Shown piece by piece: positions 39,770 to 48,744 of a stretch of DNA of 59,828 nt. Where the stretch lies: the IMG/VR virus record IMGVR_UViG_3300045931_000157, positions 1-59,828 of that record. The stretch is one strand, 5' to 3'. The stretch is from a virus (taxonomy: Duplodnaviria; Caudoviricetes). Made by a program: the position numbers and the translations under genes. The notes beneath the pieces are model-generated. The model saw only the letters and a program-made list of their open reading frames with translations, had not been told where the DNA came from and did not search any database. Position 1 is the first letter of the stretch. Each line of letters opens with the position of its first letter.

Positions 39770-39990
39770 CACACACCCCTATAGTGTGTGTGTGTGGTGT
39801 TACGTTCTCCCCCACCAGTCCCTCGGAGCCACCTTCTGATCAGGCCAGCTGTAACTTGTAACAGTGCAAAAGTTTTAATGCCGGGTGGGGCTTAGTGATT
39901 TCGTAACTGGCCGTCACGGTCAGTCCAGGTCGAGGCGTTCCTGGTCCTCCAAATCGGTAACATCGGGGTCATTTTCGGCCTTGCTGTAAC
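39770..39990. other. Candidate replication origin
   Basis: Six GTAAC/GTTAC copies and an imperfect CACACAC...TATAG...GTGTGTG palindrome at the helicase 3' end. Confidence 0.45.
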
Positions 39991-41053
39991 CCGCAAGTTT
40001 TTTGGCCTCCTCCACCCCCTTTTTGGTGAGCTGGAACCGGCCTCGGAACTTGTTGACCATCTTGCCAGCCTCCAGGCGCTTCAGGGTCCGGTTGACCTGC
40101 ATGCGATAGGGCTGGCCCTTGGCAGCACCGCTCTGCTGGAACCAGCCCAGCGTCTTGGCCAGGTCGGCCTGGGAGGCCTCGGCATTGGCAGGGTCAGCCA
40201 GGGCCACCAGCACCTGGTCCTCGCGCTCCCTGGTGGCCTTGGCTATGGCCTGGGAACTGTCATCACTGATGGCGCTTGCCACCACGGTCGGCATCGCGCG
40301 GCCCTTGGCATCGCGCAGCTGGTCGACCGTCACCTCCTTCAGCTCGAAATTCACCGGGCTGAAATCAGCACCACGGAATTTGCCCTGCCAGTGCAGCTCG
40401 ATGTTGCTCTCGCTCATCTTGGCGGACAGGTTGCCGTCAACCTCGGCCAGGTAGGCACCGCCGCCGCGCGGGATCAGGTCATCATCCGAGGCACGCTTGA
40501 CCGGATGGCAGGCTGCTAGCGTGGTCGGTCCTCCAGGCATGTCGCACAGCCTGCGCAGCAGCCTGGCGTGTGCGCCATTCTGCACGTTGTCGTTCTCATC
40601 CTTGCCTTCAAAAAAAGCTGCGCTGGTGTCCACGAAGATCGCGACCACCTCACCCATCCAGTGAATTTCGGTGCGCACCTCCTCCAGCAATTTGGACAGG
40701 GTGAACACGCCTGGAATGAAATTCACGTCGATGTGGTCCACGTCAAAGCCAACGGTCTGTGACATGGCGATCCAGCGCATGCGCACGTCATTGTCATTCT
40801 CGCCAGCCAGGTAGAGCACGCGCCCCTTCTGCACATCGCGGCCGAGCAGTGGCCGCCCTAGCGCGATGTGAGCTGCCATCAGCAGCATGATTGCCGTCTT
40901 GCCCGCTCCAGTCTTGCCGGTGAGGCTGTAGAAAAATCGGCGCTGCAGGATGCCGTCGAACAGGTATTCAGGCGGCACGAAGCCGCGCACGAAGGCTGAG
41001 CTGGTCAGGATGCGCCGCTTAAAGCGCACAATCTTTTCGTCATCGTCGGCCAT
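39920..41053 (-). CDS. AAA_25/RepA-like replicative helicase with C-terminal wHTH
   Basis: GKTGAGKT Walker A, VLYLAGEN, FVDT, HPVK...RGGGA. Confidence 0.85.
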   Translation of the reverse strand: MADDDEKIVRFKRRILTSSAFVRGFVPPEYLFDGILQRRFFYSLTGKTGAGKTAIMLLMAAHIALGRPLLGRDVQKGRVLYLAGENDNDVRMRWIAMSQTVGFDVDHIDVNFIPGVFTLSKLLEEVRTEIHWMGEVVAIFVDTSAAFFEGKDENDNVQNGAHARLLRRLCDMPGGPTTLAACHPVKRASDDDLIPRGGGAYLAEVDGNLSAKMSESNIELHWQGKFRGADFSPVNFELKEVTVDQLRDAKGRAMPTVVASAISDDSSQAIAKATREREDQVLVALADPANAEASQADLAKTLGWFQQSGAAKGQPYRMQVNRTLKRLEAGKMVNKFRGRFQLTKKGVEEAKKLAGYSKAENDPDVTDLEDQERLDLD

Positions 41054-41297
41054 CAACGAACCCCTGAGCGATGATGCCTTGAACGAAATCGGTGCCGTGC
41101 ACCTCCACCAGGTCATGCGCTAGCGCAATCTCAAACAGACCAGAGGCAATGCGGCTTCGCAAATGCTCTGGCAGCTCAGCAGCCATCTGCTTGGCTTCCA
41201 GGTAGAGTGCCTCGATCCTGGCCAGCGACACGGCGCGCCTGGCCGCCGTCATGCGCTCCAAAAAAACAGCAATGTCGCCCGCCTCGCTGGCGTCCAT
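41040..41297 (-). CDS. Hypothetical protein (85 aa)
   Basis: In operon; GAGG RBS. Confidence 0.6.
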   Translation of the reverse strand: MDASEAGDIAVFLERMTAARRAVSLARIEALYLEAKQMAAELPEHLRSRIASGLFEIALAHDLVEVHGTDFVQGIIAQGFVDGRR

Positions 41298-41304
41298 TGC
41301 TGCC

Positions 41305-41718
41305 TCAACCTAATTCGGGACGCAGGCGGCCACCGTGAGGCTTGTCGCCGGTGACCGCCTGGCCCTTTCCGACCGAGCGTGTTGCGGATCGGTCGTACCT
41401 TTGAATGCTGCTGCTGACGCGCTTGAGGCGATAGCGTGCATAGAGGCCGCGCGGTGAGCTGATGATGCGAACGCCAGTGTCCTCCAGCTTGTCGTTCATC
41501 TGCATGATGTGAGTGCGCAGAATGTTCATGCCGGACTTGCAGTTGCGCGTTGCCATCACGGCTTCGTAGAGCGTGGGGCCATCAATGCCATCAGCTCCAG
41601 CGCGCTTGAGCAGATCGAACAGCCTGGCCTTGATCGGCCCCAGCGACACGCCCAGCCGATGATGGACCATGAGCTGGTCGCAGTAGGGACAGCGGTCGCG
41701 GCGTTCGTCACGCAACAT
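41305..41718 (-). CDS. CxxC plus OmpR-type winged-helix protein
   Basis: CPYC; LRTHIMQMNDKL...I.S..RG..Y. Confidence 0.65.
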   Translation of the reverse strand: MLRDERRDRCPYCDQLMVHHRLGVSLGPIKARLFDLLKRAGADGIDGPTLYEAVMATRNCKSGMNILRTHIMQMNDKLEDTGVRIISSPRGLYARYRLKRVSSSIQRYDRSATRSVGKGQAVTGDKPHGGRLRPELG

Positions 41719-42325
41719 GGCGGCGCTCGTCCTCAGAGTGCTTTAGGCCTTCCCATTCATCATCGCTGAGTTTCGCCACCGCCTTAGTGGCGTGGTCCAT
41801 CGGTGTTTGTTGTTTGCGAAAGCCAGCCTCGATGGCTGCAGCGTTGGCTGACAGTTTGCCAGCACGAACCTTGGTTGCCAGTTCGTCATGCCCGTCGCGG
41901 TCGAGGCGGGCGAGGATGTAATCGCGCGTGGTGCCCCCGGCTGAAATCAACTTGGTATTACCAACTTGATCCTTTGCCTGCTCTGACTTGCGATCACCAC
42001 CATGCTGGCCCAGCACATCACCGAGAAGCCGCTTGTCGTCCAGCTCCTCCATGATCAGCTTGGCGCTGACGGCAGGAATGCCGAGGCCATCCGGCTCGGG
42101 ATATTGCAGGTAATCTTCCCAGCTTCTGAACGGCCGCCCTTTTTTGTCGGTGAGCTGCTTCCAACGCTCGAACTTTTTGAACTCGATCAGGCCATACTTG
42201 AGCCGAGCGACTTCAGAATCAGTGCGACGTTTGCCTTCACACAGAGTGCCATGTGCATACTTGCACCACGGCGGTGAGCCGACTGGAGCGCGGGGGTCAC
42301 CGATGTCGATGAAGGCTGACGGCAT
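41708..42325 (-). CDS. Hypothetical DNA-binding protein
   Basis: HGGDRKS and LARLDRD...V.AG.LSANAAAIEAG, as seen in ParB-like C-terminal regions. Confidence 0.65.
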   Translation of the reverse strand: MPSAFIDIGDPRAPVGSPPWCKYAHGTLCEGKRRTDSEVARLKYGLIEFKKFERWKQLTDKKGRPFRSWEDYLQYPEPDGLGIPAVSAKLIMEELDDKRLLGDVLGQHGGDRKSEQAKDQVGNTKLISAGGTTRDYILARLDRDGHDELATKVRAGKLSANAAAIEAGFRKQQTPMDHATKAVAKLSDDEWEGLKHSEDERRHVA

Positions 42326-42328
42326 TGT

Positions 42329-44269
42329 TCAAAGCCACTGATGGCGGCTGTCATAAACAGCCTGCAGCTGTTGCTCGGTCAAATCCTCCACGCGCTTGCC
42401 AAAAATTCTGTAGATCCGACGACCACGTTCCTTGATCATGTCTGAGGCTGCAGGATCATCGCGCCTGTAGCCGGTGCGTTTGCAGCTTTCGATGACAGTG
42501 CGCAGCCTGGCTTCACGTTGGCTCGGCGTCATGATCGGCTCAGCCTCGGCCTGCTGTTGCTGGGCCTGTGGCCGAATTTTTTGCGCATTCATTGCATCAA
42601 AAAATCTTTTCGCAGGTTCAACTCCAATCGCGCCGAACAGACCAGCATCACGCAGTGCTGCATCAATGTTATTGTGGTCGGTGTCCTCGACTGGAGGACT
42701 GTCGAACGTATGTGTTGATGCGTTCGTGATGCCCGACTCGATTGGTCGCGTGCGCGTTCCCTGACCGCCGCCGCCAGCTGGTGATTGGCGGATTTGGTCA
42801 TCCACGAACGGCGCCTGGTTCGCGCGGATTTCCTCCATGATGTCGATGAAAAACTGATCACGCGGTGCAAAGATCGTTGCGAACTGTTGCTCCCAAGGGA
42901 GGCCATGGCGATCAAAGCGCGAGACGCGATGCAGCATCTGCTCGATCCATTCGCGCGATCGAATGTGGGTCAAGCAGCACAGAACATCGGCAGGCGGACA
43001 ATCCATCCCGATGTAGGCCATGCCCACCGTGACCAGTGCATTCAGGTGCGGCCGTCTGACGCGCCGAAACCGCTCAATCGCAAATCGTGCTGCGTCATCA
43101 TCCTCGCTTGTTGCAATGTCCACGCCCTTGACGCCGCGCTGGATCAACAGCCGCAAGGCCTTCTGTGCTGATGCGATGGACGGACAGACGACCAGGAATT
43201 GTGAACGCTGGTTGACCTGCCGCCTGGCTTCCCAGTAGTCACAGGCCTCGGTTAAAAGTGCTTCAAAAAATTCAGTGTTAAGCGCACTCATCAGGCCTTT
43301 GGCTGTCTCGTACTCTGATGCACCTGCAAAGGTCTTGATTGCTCCCTGATCAACCACATCGCCAGTCAGACTGTCCTCGATTTCCCACTTTGCCTTGGCA
43401 TCACGCAGCTCGAAAAAAATCTGGATCAGCTGATGATCGCGCGTAGCATCGGCAAGCGTGTATCGGACAAAGCGTTGTGTGCTGCTGTCGGACAAATCAA
43501 CGAAGCAACGCATGTCCTTGTCTGGCGGCAGATATTGCAGCAAGGCAATGCGCTCGTCGTCATTGCGGCTCAAGCAGCCGCTGACCATGACGACGATTGC
43601 TGCCCGTTCAATCAGCGGCTTCAGCGCCTCATGAGTTTGGCTGTTGAGTGCTACGCACTGAATTTCGTCCAGCAGCAAGATCATTCGCTTGCGGTTGAAC
43701 ACATCAACGTGCGGATTGAGTTTGTATCCGGTGGCCCGGATCAAGGCCTGGTAGCTGGTGCAATAGCCGACCTTGTCGCGAATCGGATCAGCCTCATTGG
43801 TGGCCGACCTAATCTCCATGGTGTGGCCCAACACATTTCGGAGCCACGGAGCTGTGAAGTTGCCTTCAGCCTGCAGCCTCAAATTGTCGCGCGGAACAAC
43901 CCAGCACAGCCCATCGGCGCGATAGGGTATCAGTTCATGAGCTGCAATCGGTGGGTAGATGCTTTTGCCGCCGCCGCACACGATGGATGCCAGAACCGTG
44001 CGCAGCGATGTACCAACTTTCAACTCGCGGCAGATGTCCTGAAATTGCTTTTGGTGGCTCAGCAGCATTGATGTGCCTTTTTTTAGATTGCACTCGATAC
44101 AAGCGAGACGGCCGTTCTCATCGACCGTAGGTCCTGCTCGCGAAAACGGCTGCGCATGGTCGGCATGGAAAGCAGCAGCACTGACTGGTTTGTCGCAATA
44201 CTCACAAAGCCCATCGGCCCGCAGATAGATTTCCGTTCGTTGTCGTTTTGAAAAAAATCGCGGCATCAC
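42329..44269 (-). CDS. HNH endonuclease / superfamily 2 helicase fusion
   Basis: CEYC...HADH..PFSRAG.T...NGRLAC..CN.KK; GGGKS, DEIQ, GMDCP and QMLHRVSR motifs. Confidence 0.85.
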   Translation of the reverse strand: MMPRFFSKRQRTEIYLRADGLCEYCDKPVSAAAFHADHAQPFSRAGPTVDENGRLACIECNLKKGTSMLLSHQKQFQDICRELKVGTSLRTVLASIVCGGGKSIYPPIAAHELIPYRADGLCWVVPRDNLRLQAEGNFTAPWLRNVLGHTMEIRSATNEADPIRDKVGYCTSYQALIRATGYKLNPHVDVFNRKRMILLLDEIQCVALNSQTHEALKPLIERAAIVVMVSGCLSRNDDERIALLQYLPPDKDMRCFVDLSDSSTQRFVRYTLADATRDHQLIQIFFELRDAKAKWEIEDSLTGDVVDQGAIKTFAGASEYETAKGLMSALNTEFFEALLTEACDYWEARRQVNQRSQFLVVCPSIASAQKALRLLIQRGVKGVDIATSEDDDAARFAIERFRRVRRPHLNALVTVGMAYIGMDCPPADVLCCLTHIRSREWIEQMLHRVSRFDRHGLPWEQQFATIFAPRDQFFIDIMEEIRANQAPFVDDQIRQSPAGGGGQGTRTRPIESGITNASTHTFDSPPVEDTDHNNIDAALRDAGLFGAIGVEPAKRFFDAMNAQKIRPQAQQQQAEAEPIMTPSQREARLRTVIESCKRTGYRRDDPAASDMIKERGRRIYRIFGKRVEDLTEQQLQAVYDSRHQWL

Positions 44270-44709
44270 TGCACGCTGACCTTGCTCTGCAGGATGCCGA
44301 GCTGCTTCAGCCAGTCGGCCGCAACGCGCACGTTGTCAGTGACCAGGTAGGGGAAGCCGCAGGCCTGCAGGTGGTTGCCGACATCAATCTGAGCTGGCGT
44401 TCGCCCGCGCCCTTTGCGCTTCAGCTCCAGCCAGGCGATGCCGCGATTGGGTCCGGTGAACACCAGGTCGGGATAACCTGGCACAGCTCCAGCTCTGCTC
44501 AGCCTGCTGCCTGATGGGGAGATCCGACGCCCATCGCGGATGATGTGCTCGCGCTGCTCACCAGCTGGCCAATGCGCAACGCGCCAGCCTGGCATCATCC
44601 AGCGGCGCGCTATGTCAACTAGCCAGCACTGGGTTTCAAATTCGAGTGGGGCTGGAGGCTCCACACCGAGTTGTCGGCGGCCTTTGAACAGCGACAGTTG
44701 CCGCGACAT
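44266..44709 (-). CDS. VRR-NUC (PD-(D/E)XK) nuclease
   Basis: GAVPGYPDL...WLELK..G...TPAQ. Confidence 0.85.
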   Translation of the reverse strand: MSRQLSLFKGRRQLGVEPPAPLEFETQCWLVDIARRWMMPGWRVAHWPAGEQREHIIRDGRRISPSGSRLSRAGAVPGYPDLVFTGPNRGIAWLELKRKGRGRTPAQIDVGNHLQACGFPYLVTDNVRVAADWLKQLGILQSKVSVQ

Positions 44710-44715
44710 GAAACC

Positions 44716-44958
44716 TCACGCCGATTGGCGCTCATGTTCACCAGTGGAGTGGAAGCCGAACAGGCGGATCGGCGCGTAGTAGCCGCGCTTCTCCAGCTCA
44801 GCCTTGAATGTGAAGTAATGCCTGGTCGGAAAGTAACCGTGCTTTCGCCATGCCGTGACGTTGCTCCCATCAAGGCCAACGAGCGCGGCCGCGTTCGTTG
44901 GGCCGCCGAGAGCAAGCAGCACGTCATCGAATGTCCAGAGTGGCATCAGCATTTTCAA
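44716..44958 (-). CDS. Cro-like regulator
   Basis: LGG....AALVG....V..WRK.G.FP; first gene of the leftward early operon. Confidence 0.75.
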   Translation of the reverse strand: MKMLMPLWTFDDVLLALGGPTNAAALVGLDGSNVTAWRKHGYFPTRHYFTFKAELEKRGYYAPIRLFGFHSTGEHERQSA

Positions 44959-45046
44959 AACAGAACTTGATCAATCTATCCTCTGTCAAATGTTCCGCAC
45001 ATTTTTCATGAGCGTGCAGGGTGTGTGCAGGGTCTAAGTTTGGTCA

Positions 45047-45074
45047 CACCAAATTGGTGACACCAAATTGGTGA
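45047..45074. promoter_or_regulatory. Tandem palindromic operator candidate (CACCAAATTGGTGA x2)
   Basis: Exact 14-bp tandem repeat, each a 13-bp palindrome with a central base, between divergent operons. Confidence 0.7.
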
Positions 45075-45149
45075 TCAAAAGAAAGGAAATTAAATCGCGC
45101 TTGAACTTTTTTCTTGACTCTGATCGCTGATAAATTTTTTATGCATCAC

Positions 45150-45283
45150 ACGCTGCGATGTTGAAGTGATTGAGTGCCGCAGCGTCCTACCGAGTGATCG
45201 CAGTCTGGTGCCGTCACTCGATCAAGCTGGCAAGTCTGGTTGCCAGCTGCACGCGACGAAGCTGGCAGGTGCTGGCCGCCAGC
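45150..45283 (+). ncRNA. Structured leader with four hairpins, three with (GU/UG)CUGG loops
   Basis: Stems at 45150-45185, 45191-45220, 45225-45248 and 45261-45283. Confidence 0.65.
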
Positions 45284-45365
45284 GACACAGACGGACCCGA
45301 AGCGAAGTCAACACTGAGCGCGAACGTGCTGCATGCACACTCCTGCATGCGGTGGGGAATTTTTT

Positions 45366-46166
45366 ATGCTCACAGACGAGCAGCTGGAGTTCAAAGTCGG
45401 CAAGGTCAGCGGCTCCATGATGGGGCCGCTGATGAACGCAGTCAGCGAAGCTGCCCTGGTTCGCATGTGGGAAATCGCGGTCGGCCTGCGCGAACCTGAC
45501 CCGCCGAACTGGGCCATGACGGTCGGCTCCCTGATGGAAAAGCCGATGCTGGATCAGCGCGAGAAGGTCACCGGCCAGCTCATCACTCGGCGCGGCGACC
45601 AGGTTGATCACCCCAAGCATCACGGCGTGATGGTGACGCTCGATGGCTACCGCGAAGCCGACGATGCAGTGGTCGAAAACAAATTCCATGGCTGTCATCG
45701 CCCCTACCAGGACGTGATCGCCTGGGCGGCGCCGCAGGCCACGCTGGCTGCACTGTGCACTGGAGCCACCAAGGCCGTGGTGATCACCGGCCAGGGCACC
45801 GCTGACCCAATCGAAACCGAAATCCAGATCACCGATGAATACAGCGGCGTCGTGATTGAACGCGCGCTCTGGATGCTGGACCACATCAGGCGTTTCGTGC
45901 CGCCGTTCCCGCTGCCACCAGCTCCACCGCCACCAGAGAAATGGCGCACCGCCGACATCGTTGCTGAGCCGTGCAACTGGGGCCAGCAGCTCCTGAGCCA
46001 CCTGGAAACCTACGGCAGCCTGGCCGAGGCCGCGCAGCAGTATGAGCTGGCGGGCAAGGCGGCGCGTGAGCTGGTGCCGGATGACGTCGGCACCTGTCTG
46101 GCTGGTGCCTGGCAGCTCAAGCGCAATCGCAAGGGTGTCCTGTCCATCACGAGGAGCCGCCAATGA
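45366..46166 (+). CDS. YqaJ/lambda-exonuclease-like protein
   Basis: SGS, G..ME, TLDG, VENK and Q motifs; adjacent to the ERF gene. Confidence 0.75.
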   Translation: MLTDEQLEFKVGKVSGSMMGPLMNAVSEAALVRMWEIAVGLREPDPPNWAMTVGSLMEKPMLDQREKVTGQLITRRGDQVDHPKHHGVMVTLDGYREADDAVVENKFHGCHRPYQDVIAWAAPQATLAALCTGATKAVVITGQGTADPIETEIQITDEYSGVVIERALWMLDHIRRFVPPFPLPPAPPPPEKWRTADIVAEPCNWGQQLLSHLETYGSLAEAAQQYELAGKAARELVPDDVGTCLAGAWQLKRNRKGVLSITRSRQ

Positions 46167-47023
46167 ACACCGCTGTCGCCAGGCCTGCTGCTGGCTCGCC
46201 TGCTGAGCTGCTGACCATGATCGAGCGTGCTGCTCGCGATCCGCAGGTTGACCTGGAGAAGATGCAGCGCCTGCTCGACATGCACGAAGTCATGGTGAAC
46301 CGCGAAGGCGAGCGCGAAATGAATGCCGCGCTGGTGGCAGCAAGCCAGGACATGCAGCCCATCGTGGCCGATGCCACCAATCCGCAGACCAGGAGCAAGT
46401 ACGCCACCTTCGCCGCGCTGGATCGACAGGCGAAGCCGATCTACACGCAGCACGGCCTGGCGCTCAGCTTCAACACTGAGCCGACCAGCACGCCCGATAC
46501 GATCCGCGTCATCTGCTACCTGCACCACACCTCTGGCTCCACGCGCCGCTATCAGACACCCGACCTGCCGGTCGAAACCACCGGCCTGGCTGGCAAGTCG
46601 ATGATGACGCGCATGCATGCCACCGGCAGTGCCATGACCTACGGCAAGCGTTATCTGCTGTTGCTGATCTTCAACCTGGCTGTCGATGATGATGATGACG
46701 GCAACGCTGCTGGCGGCCGCCGTCATGTGGTCGCGCCGATCAACACTGCAGCTGGCCGCGCCATGAATGAGCCAATCGACCAGGGGCCAGCCGTGGCACC
46801 TGCAGAGCCGCACGCGCTCACCATGGAGCAGGGCAGCACCTGGTCTGATTTTGTTGGGCCGCTCACCCAGCACGTCATGCGCTGCGAATCCGCTGTCGAA
46901 CTCGGTGAGTGGCTGAGGCTGAACGAGGCCATGCTGCTGAAGCTGAAGGAAATGAAGCCAGCTCTGCACAAGGTTTTCGAGGCCAACGTCGAGGCCAAGC
47001 GCAAGGAGTTCAGCGCGAAATGA
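46163..47023 (+). CDS. erf: ERF-family ssDNA annealing protein
   Basis: GSAMTYGKRYLL..IFNL...DDDG signature. Confidence 0.9.
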   Translation: MNTAVARPAAGSPAELLTMIERAARDPQVDLEKMQRLLDMHEVMVNREGEREMNAALVAASQDMQPIVADATNPQTRSKYATFAALDRQAKPIYTQHGLALSFNTEPTSTPDTIRVICYLHHTSGSTRRYQTPDLPVETTGLAGKSMMTRMHATGSAMTYGKRYLLLLIFNLAVDDDDDGNAAGGRRHVVAPINTAAGRAMNEPIDQGPAVAPAEPHALTMEQGSTWSDFVGPLTQHVMRCESAVELGEWLRLNEAMLLKLKEMKPALHKVFEANVEAKRKEFSAK

Positions 47024-47436
47024 TGTGGACGTGCACGCCAACCGGGCTTGCGCCATTCGACCAGGCTGCAGTGGATTTCATGCGCCACTGTGATGGTGAG
47101 CCATTTGAGCTGAAGCACCTGCACAGCCGCGACATGCGCCTGCACAACGGCTGCTTCGGCGTGCTGCACGAACTCAGCAAGGCCCTGGGCACACCGATGG
47201 ACCTGGTGCGCGCTGAGCTGCTGTTCCAGACAGGAAAATTCCAGATGATCGGTGAGCTGTTCGGCCGCTCTGTGATCGCGGTCGATTCCATGTCTCGCAG
47301 CGCGATGAGCGACAAGGAGCTGCGCGCCTGGTGGGCGGAAGCCGAACAGATCATTCGCAAAAGCATGCTGCCACGAATTTCAGATGCCTCTGAGCGGCAA
47401 CGCTTGGAGGAGCTGCTGCTGCTGGTGCCCGCATGA
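47020..47436 (+). CDS. DUF1367/NinB-like recombination accessory protein
   Basis: R.M.LH...F..L and SMS..AM.D patterns; synteny. Confidence 0.55.
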   Translation: MMWTCTPTGLAPFDQAAVDFMRHCDGEPFELKHLHSRDMRLHNGCFGVLHELSKALGTPMDLVRAELLFQTGKFQMIGELFGRSVIAVDSMSRSAMSDKELRAWWAEAEQIIRKSMLPRISDASERQRLEELLLLVPA

Positions 47437-47468
47437 CCCGCATCCCGCGTACATCGCGCGCACCTCAG

Positions 47469-47560
47469 TGGCCAACGGCCCGCCGTTCTCGGTCACAGCT
47501 GGTGCTGCAGCCAGACACTGCAGCACTGGTGCCCACACCGAGGCGGCGGGCTGGCGGCCA
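47469..47560 (+). ncRNA. 92-nt long hairpin RNA with CCAGACA loop and 3' CCA
   Basis: Nested helices across the intergenic gap: 47469-73/47556-60, 47476-86/47543-53, 47488-93/47537-42, 47498-510/47518-30. Confidence 0.7.
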
Positions 47561-47584
47561 ATCATTTCAAACCAGGGAGGACCC

Positions 47585-47782
47585 ATGCGCGCATCCGTCG
47601 AAGTGAGTAGCCGTCAGGAGGCCGAGGCCATCAGGGATGGCCTGGGCGATCCAGTCACGCGCGCCATCGTGGTGTGCATGGGAGCCATCAAAAGTTTGCC
47701 CAGCGAGCGCGCCCGTATGCGCGTTCTGCAATTCCTCCACGACCACTTTGATGAGCAGCAGACAGGAGGGGTGACGAAATGA
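47585..47782 (+). CDS. Hypothetical protein (65 aa)
   Basis: GGAGG RBS; start MRASVEV. Confidence 0.7.
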   Translation: MRASVEVSSRQEAEAIRDGLGDPVTRAIVVCMGAIKSLPSERARMRVLQFLHDHFDEQQTGGVTK

Positions 47783-48174
47783 ACCAGCGCGATGACGAAC
47801 TGACCACTGACATGAAGCGCCTGGCGCGAAGCATCCGCCCCGTTCCCATCACCACCAATGGCGGCGAGGCCACTCCACCTCCTCCACCAGGTCAGCAGCC
47901 GCTGATCGAGCAGAAGGATCATGACCTGCTGCATCGCAGCCTGGATCAGATCGCAAACAACTGGGTGAAGCAGCTGCAGGCAGTGCGCACCAATGCCGAG
48001 CAGATCGAGCAGCTGGTGCTGACGCGAGCTGCCAAGGTCAAGGCCGACATCACGCAGCTTTACCTGCTGGGCACAGCTGCCGTCAGCGAGGCCGAGCGCA
48101 GCGCCAAGGTCTGCAAGACGCTGCAATCCGAACTGGAGCAGCTGGGCGAGGTGCCGGATGTCACAGCATCATGA
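47779..48174 (+). CDS. Hypothetical coiled-coil protein
   Basis: Translationally coupled ORF. Confidence 0.7.
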   Translation: MNQRDDELTTDMKRLARSIRPVPITTNGGEATPPPPPGQQPLIEQKDHDLLHRSLDQIANNWVKQLQAVRTNAEQIEQLVLTRAAKVKADITQLYLLGTAAVSEAERSAKVCKTLQSELEQLGEVPDVTAS

Positions 48175-48400
48175 TTATCCGCTGCACCAGGTCCGTGATC
48201 GCGTCGATGATCTGATCAAGGCTGGTGCGACCTGCTTCCAGAAATTCACTTGCGCCACCTGCCGCACGCGCCAGTCCTGCAAGGAGCCAAACGTGTTCGG
48301 CTTCAATGGCAAGTGCGGCCACTGCGGTAGCTTGACCAACCTGGTGAGCAGCGGCTGCGGCTTCATGGTGATCTACACACGGAGGCCGCTGTGCAGCTGA
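48158..48400 (+). CDS. Zn-ribbon protein
   Basis: CATC and CGHC. Confidence 0.7.
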   Translation: MSQHHDYPLHQVRDRVDDLIKAGATCFQKFTCATCRTRQSCKEPNVFGFNGKCGHCGSLTNLVSSGCGFMVIYTRRPLCS

Positions 48401-48744
48401 AACGACCGAGCAGCGAATATGTTGGCTTCCTCACTGATGGCCTGCCCCAGGTGCGGAGGATCCGTGACGGTCGGCGCTTGCCACTGCCAATGCGCACCGA
48501 CCTGTTCAATCACAGCCCGACTGGTCCGAATTGGGGTTACTCAGGATCAGGGCCAGCTCAGCTCAGCCTGGCGATCTTGTGTGATGCCTTATTGGATGAC
48601 GCACGAGCGGTCAAATTGCATCAATTTTTTAAGCGCCGAGTTATCGCAGCCCTGGACCCTGATCGCTCCTGGGTTCTGACCCGCACTGCCGTGCTGGCCG
48701 CCGTCAAGCAGATCGAGCAGGAGAAGGAGCTGGCAGACACATGA
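48391..48744 (+). CDS. DUF6166-like protein
   Basis: NHSPTG..WGYSGSGPAQL.LAIL. Confidence 0.7.
   Translation: MQLKRPSSEYVGFLTDGLPQVRRIRDGRRLPLPMRTDLFNHSPTGPNWGYSGSGPAQLSLAILCDALLDDARAVKLHQFFKRRVIAALDPDRSWVLTRTAVLAAVKQIEQEKELADT

Noticed and set aside
44990-45120. Alphaproteobacterial LexA box (GTTC-N7-GTTC) at the switch
   Set aside because: Only half-sites found; no correctly spaced pair
47469-47560. tRNA gene
   Set aside because: Ends in CCA but folds as one long hairpin with no D or T-loop consensus
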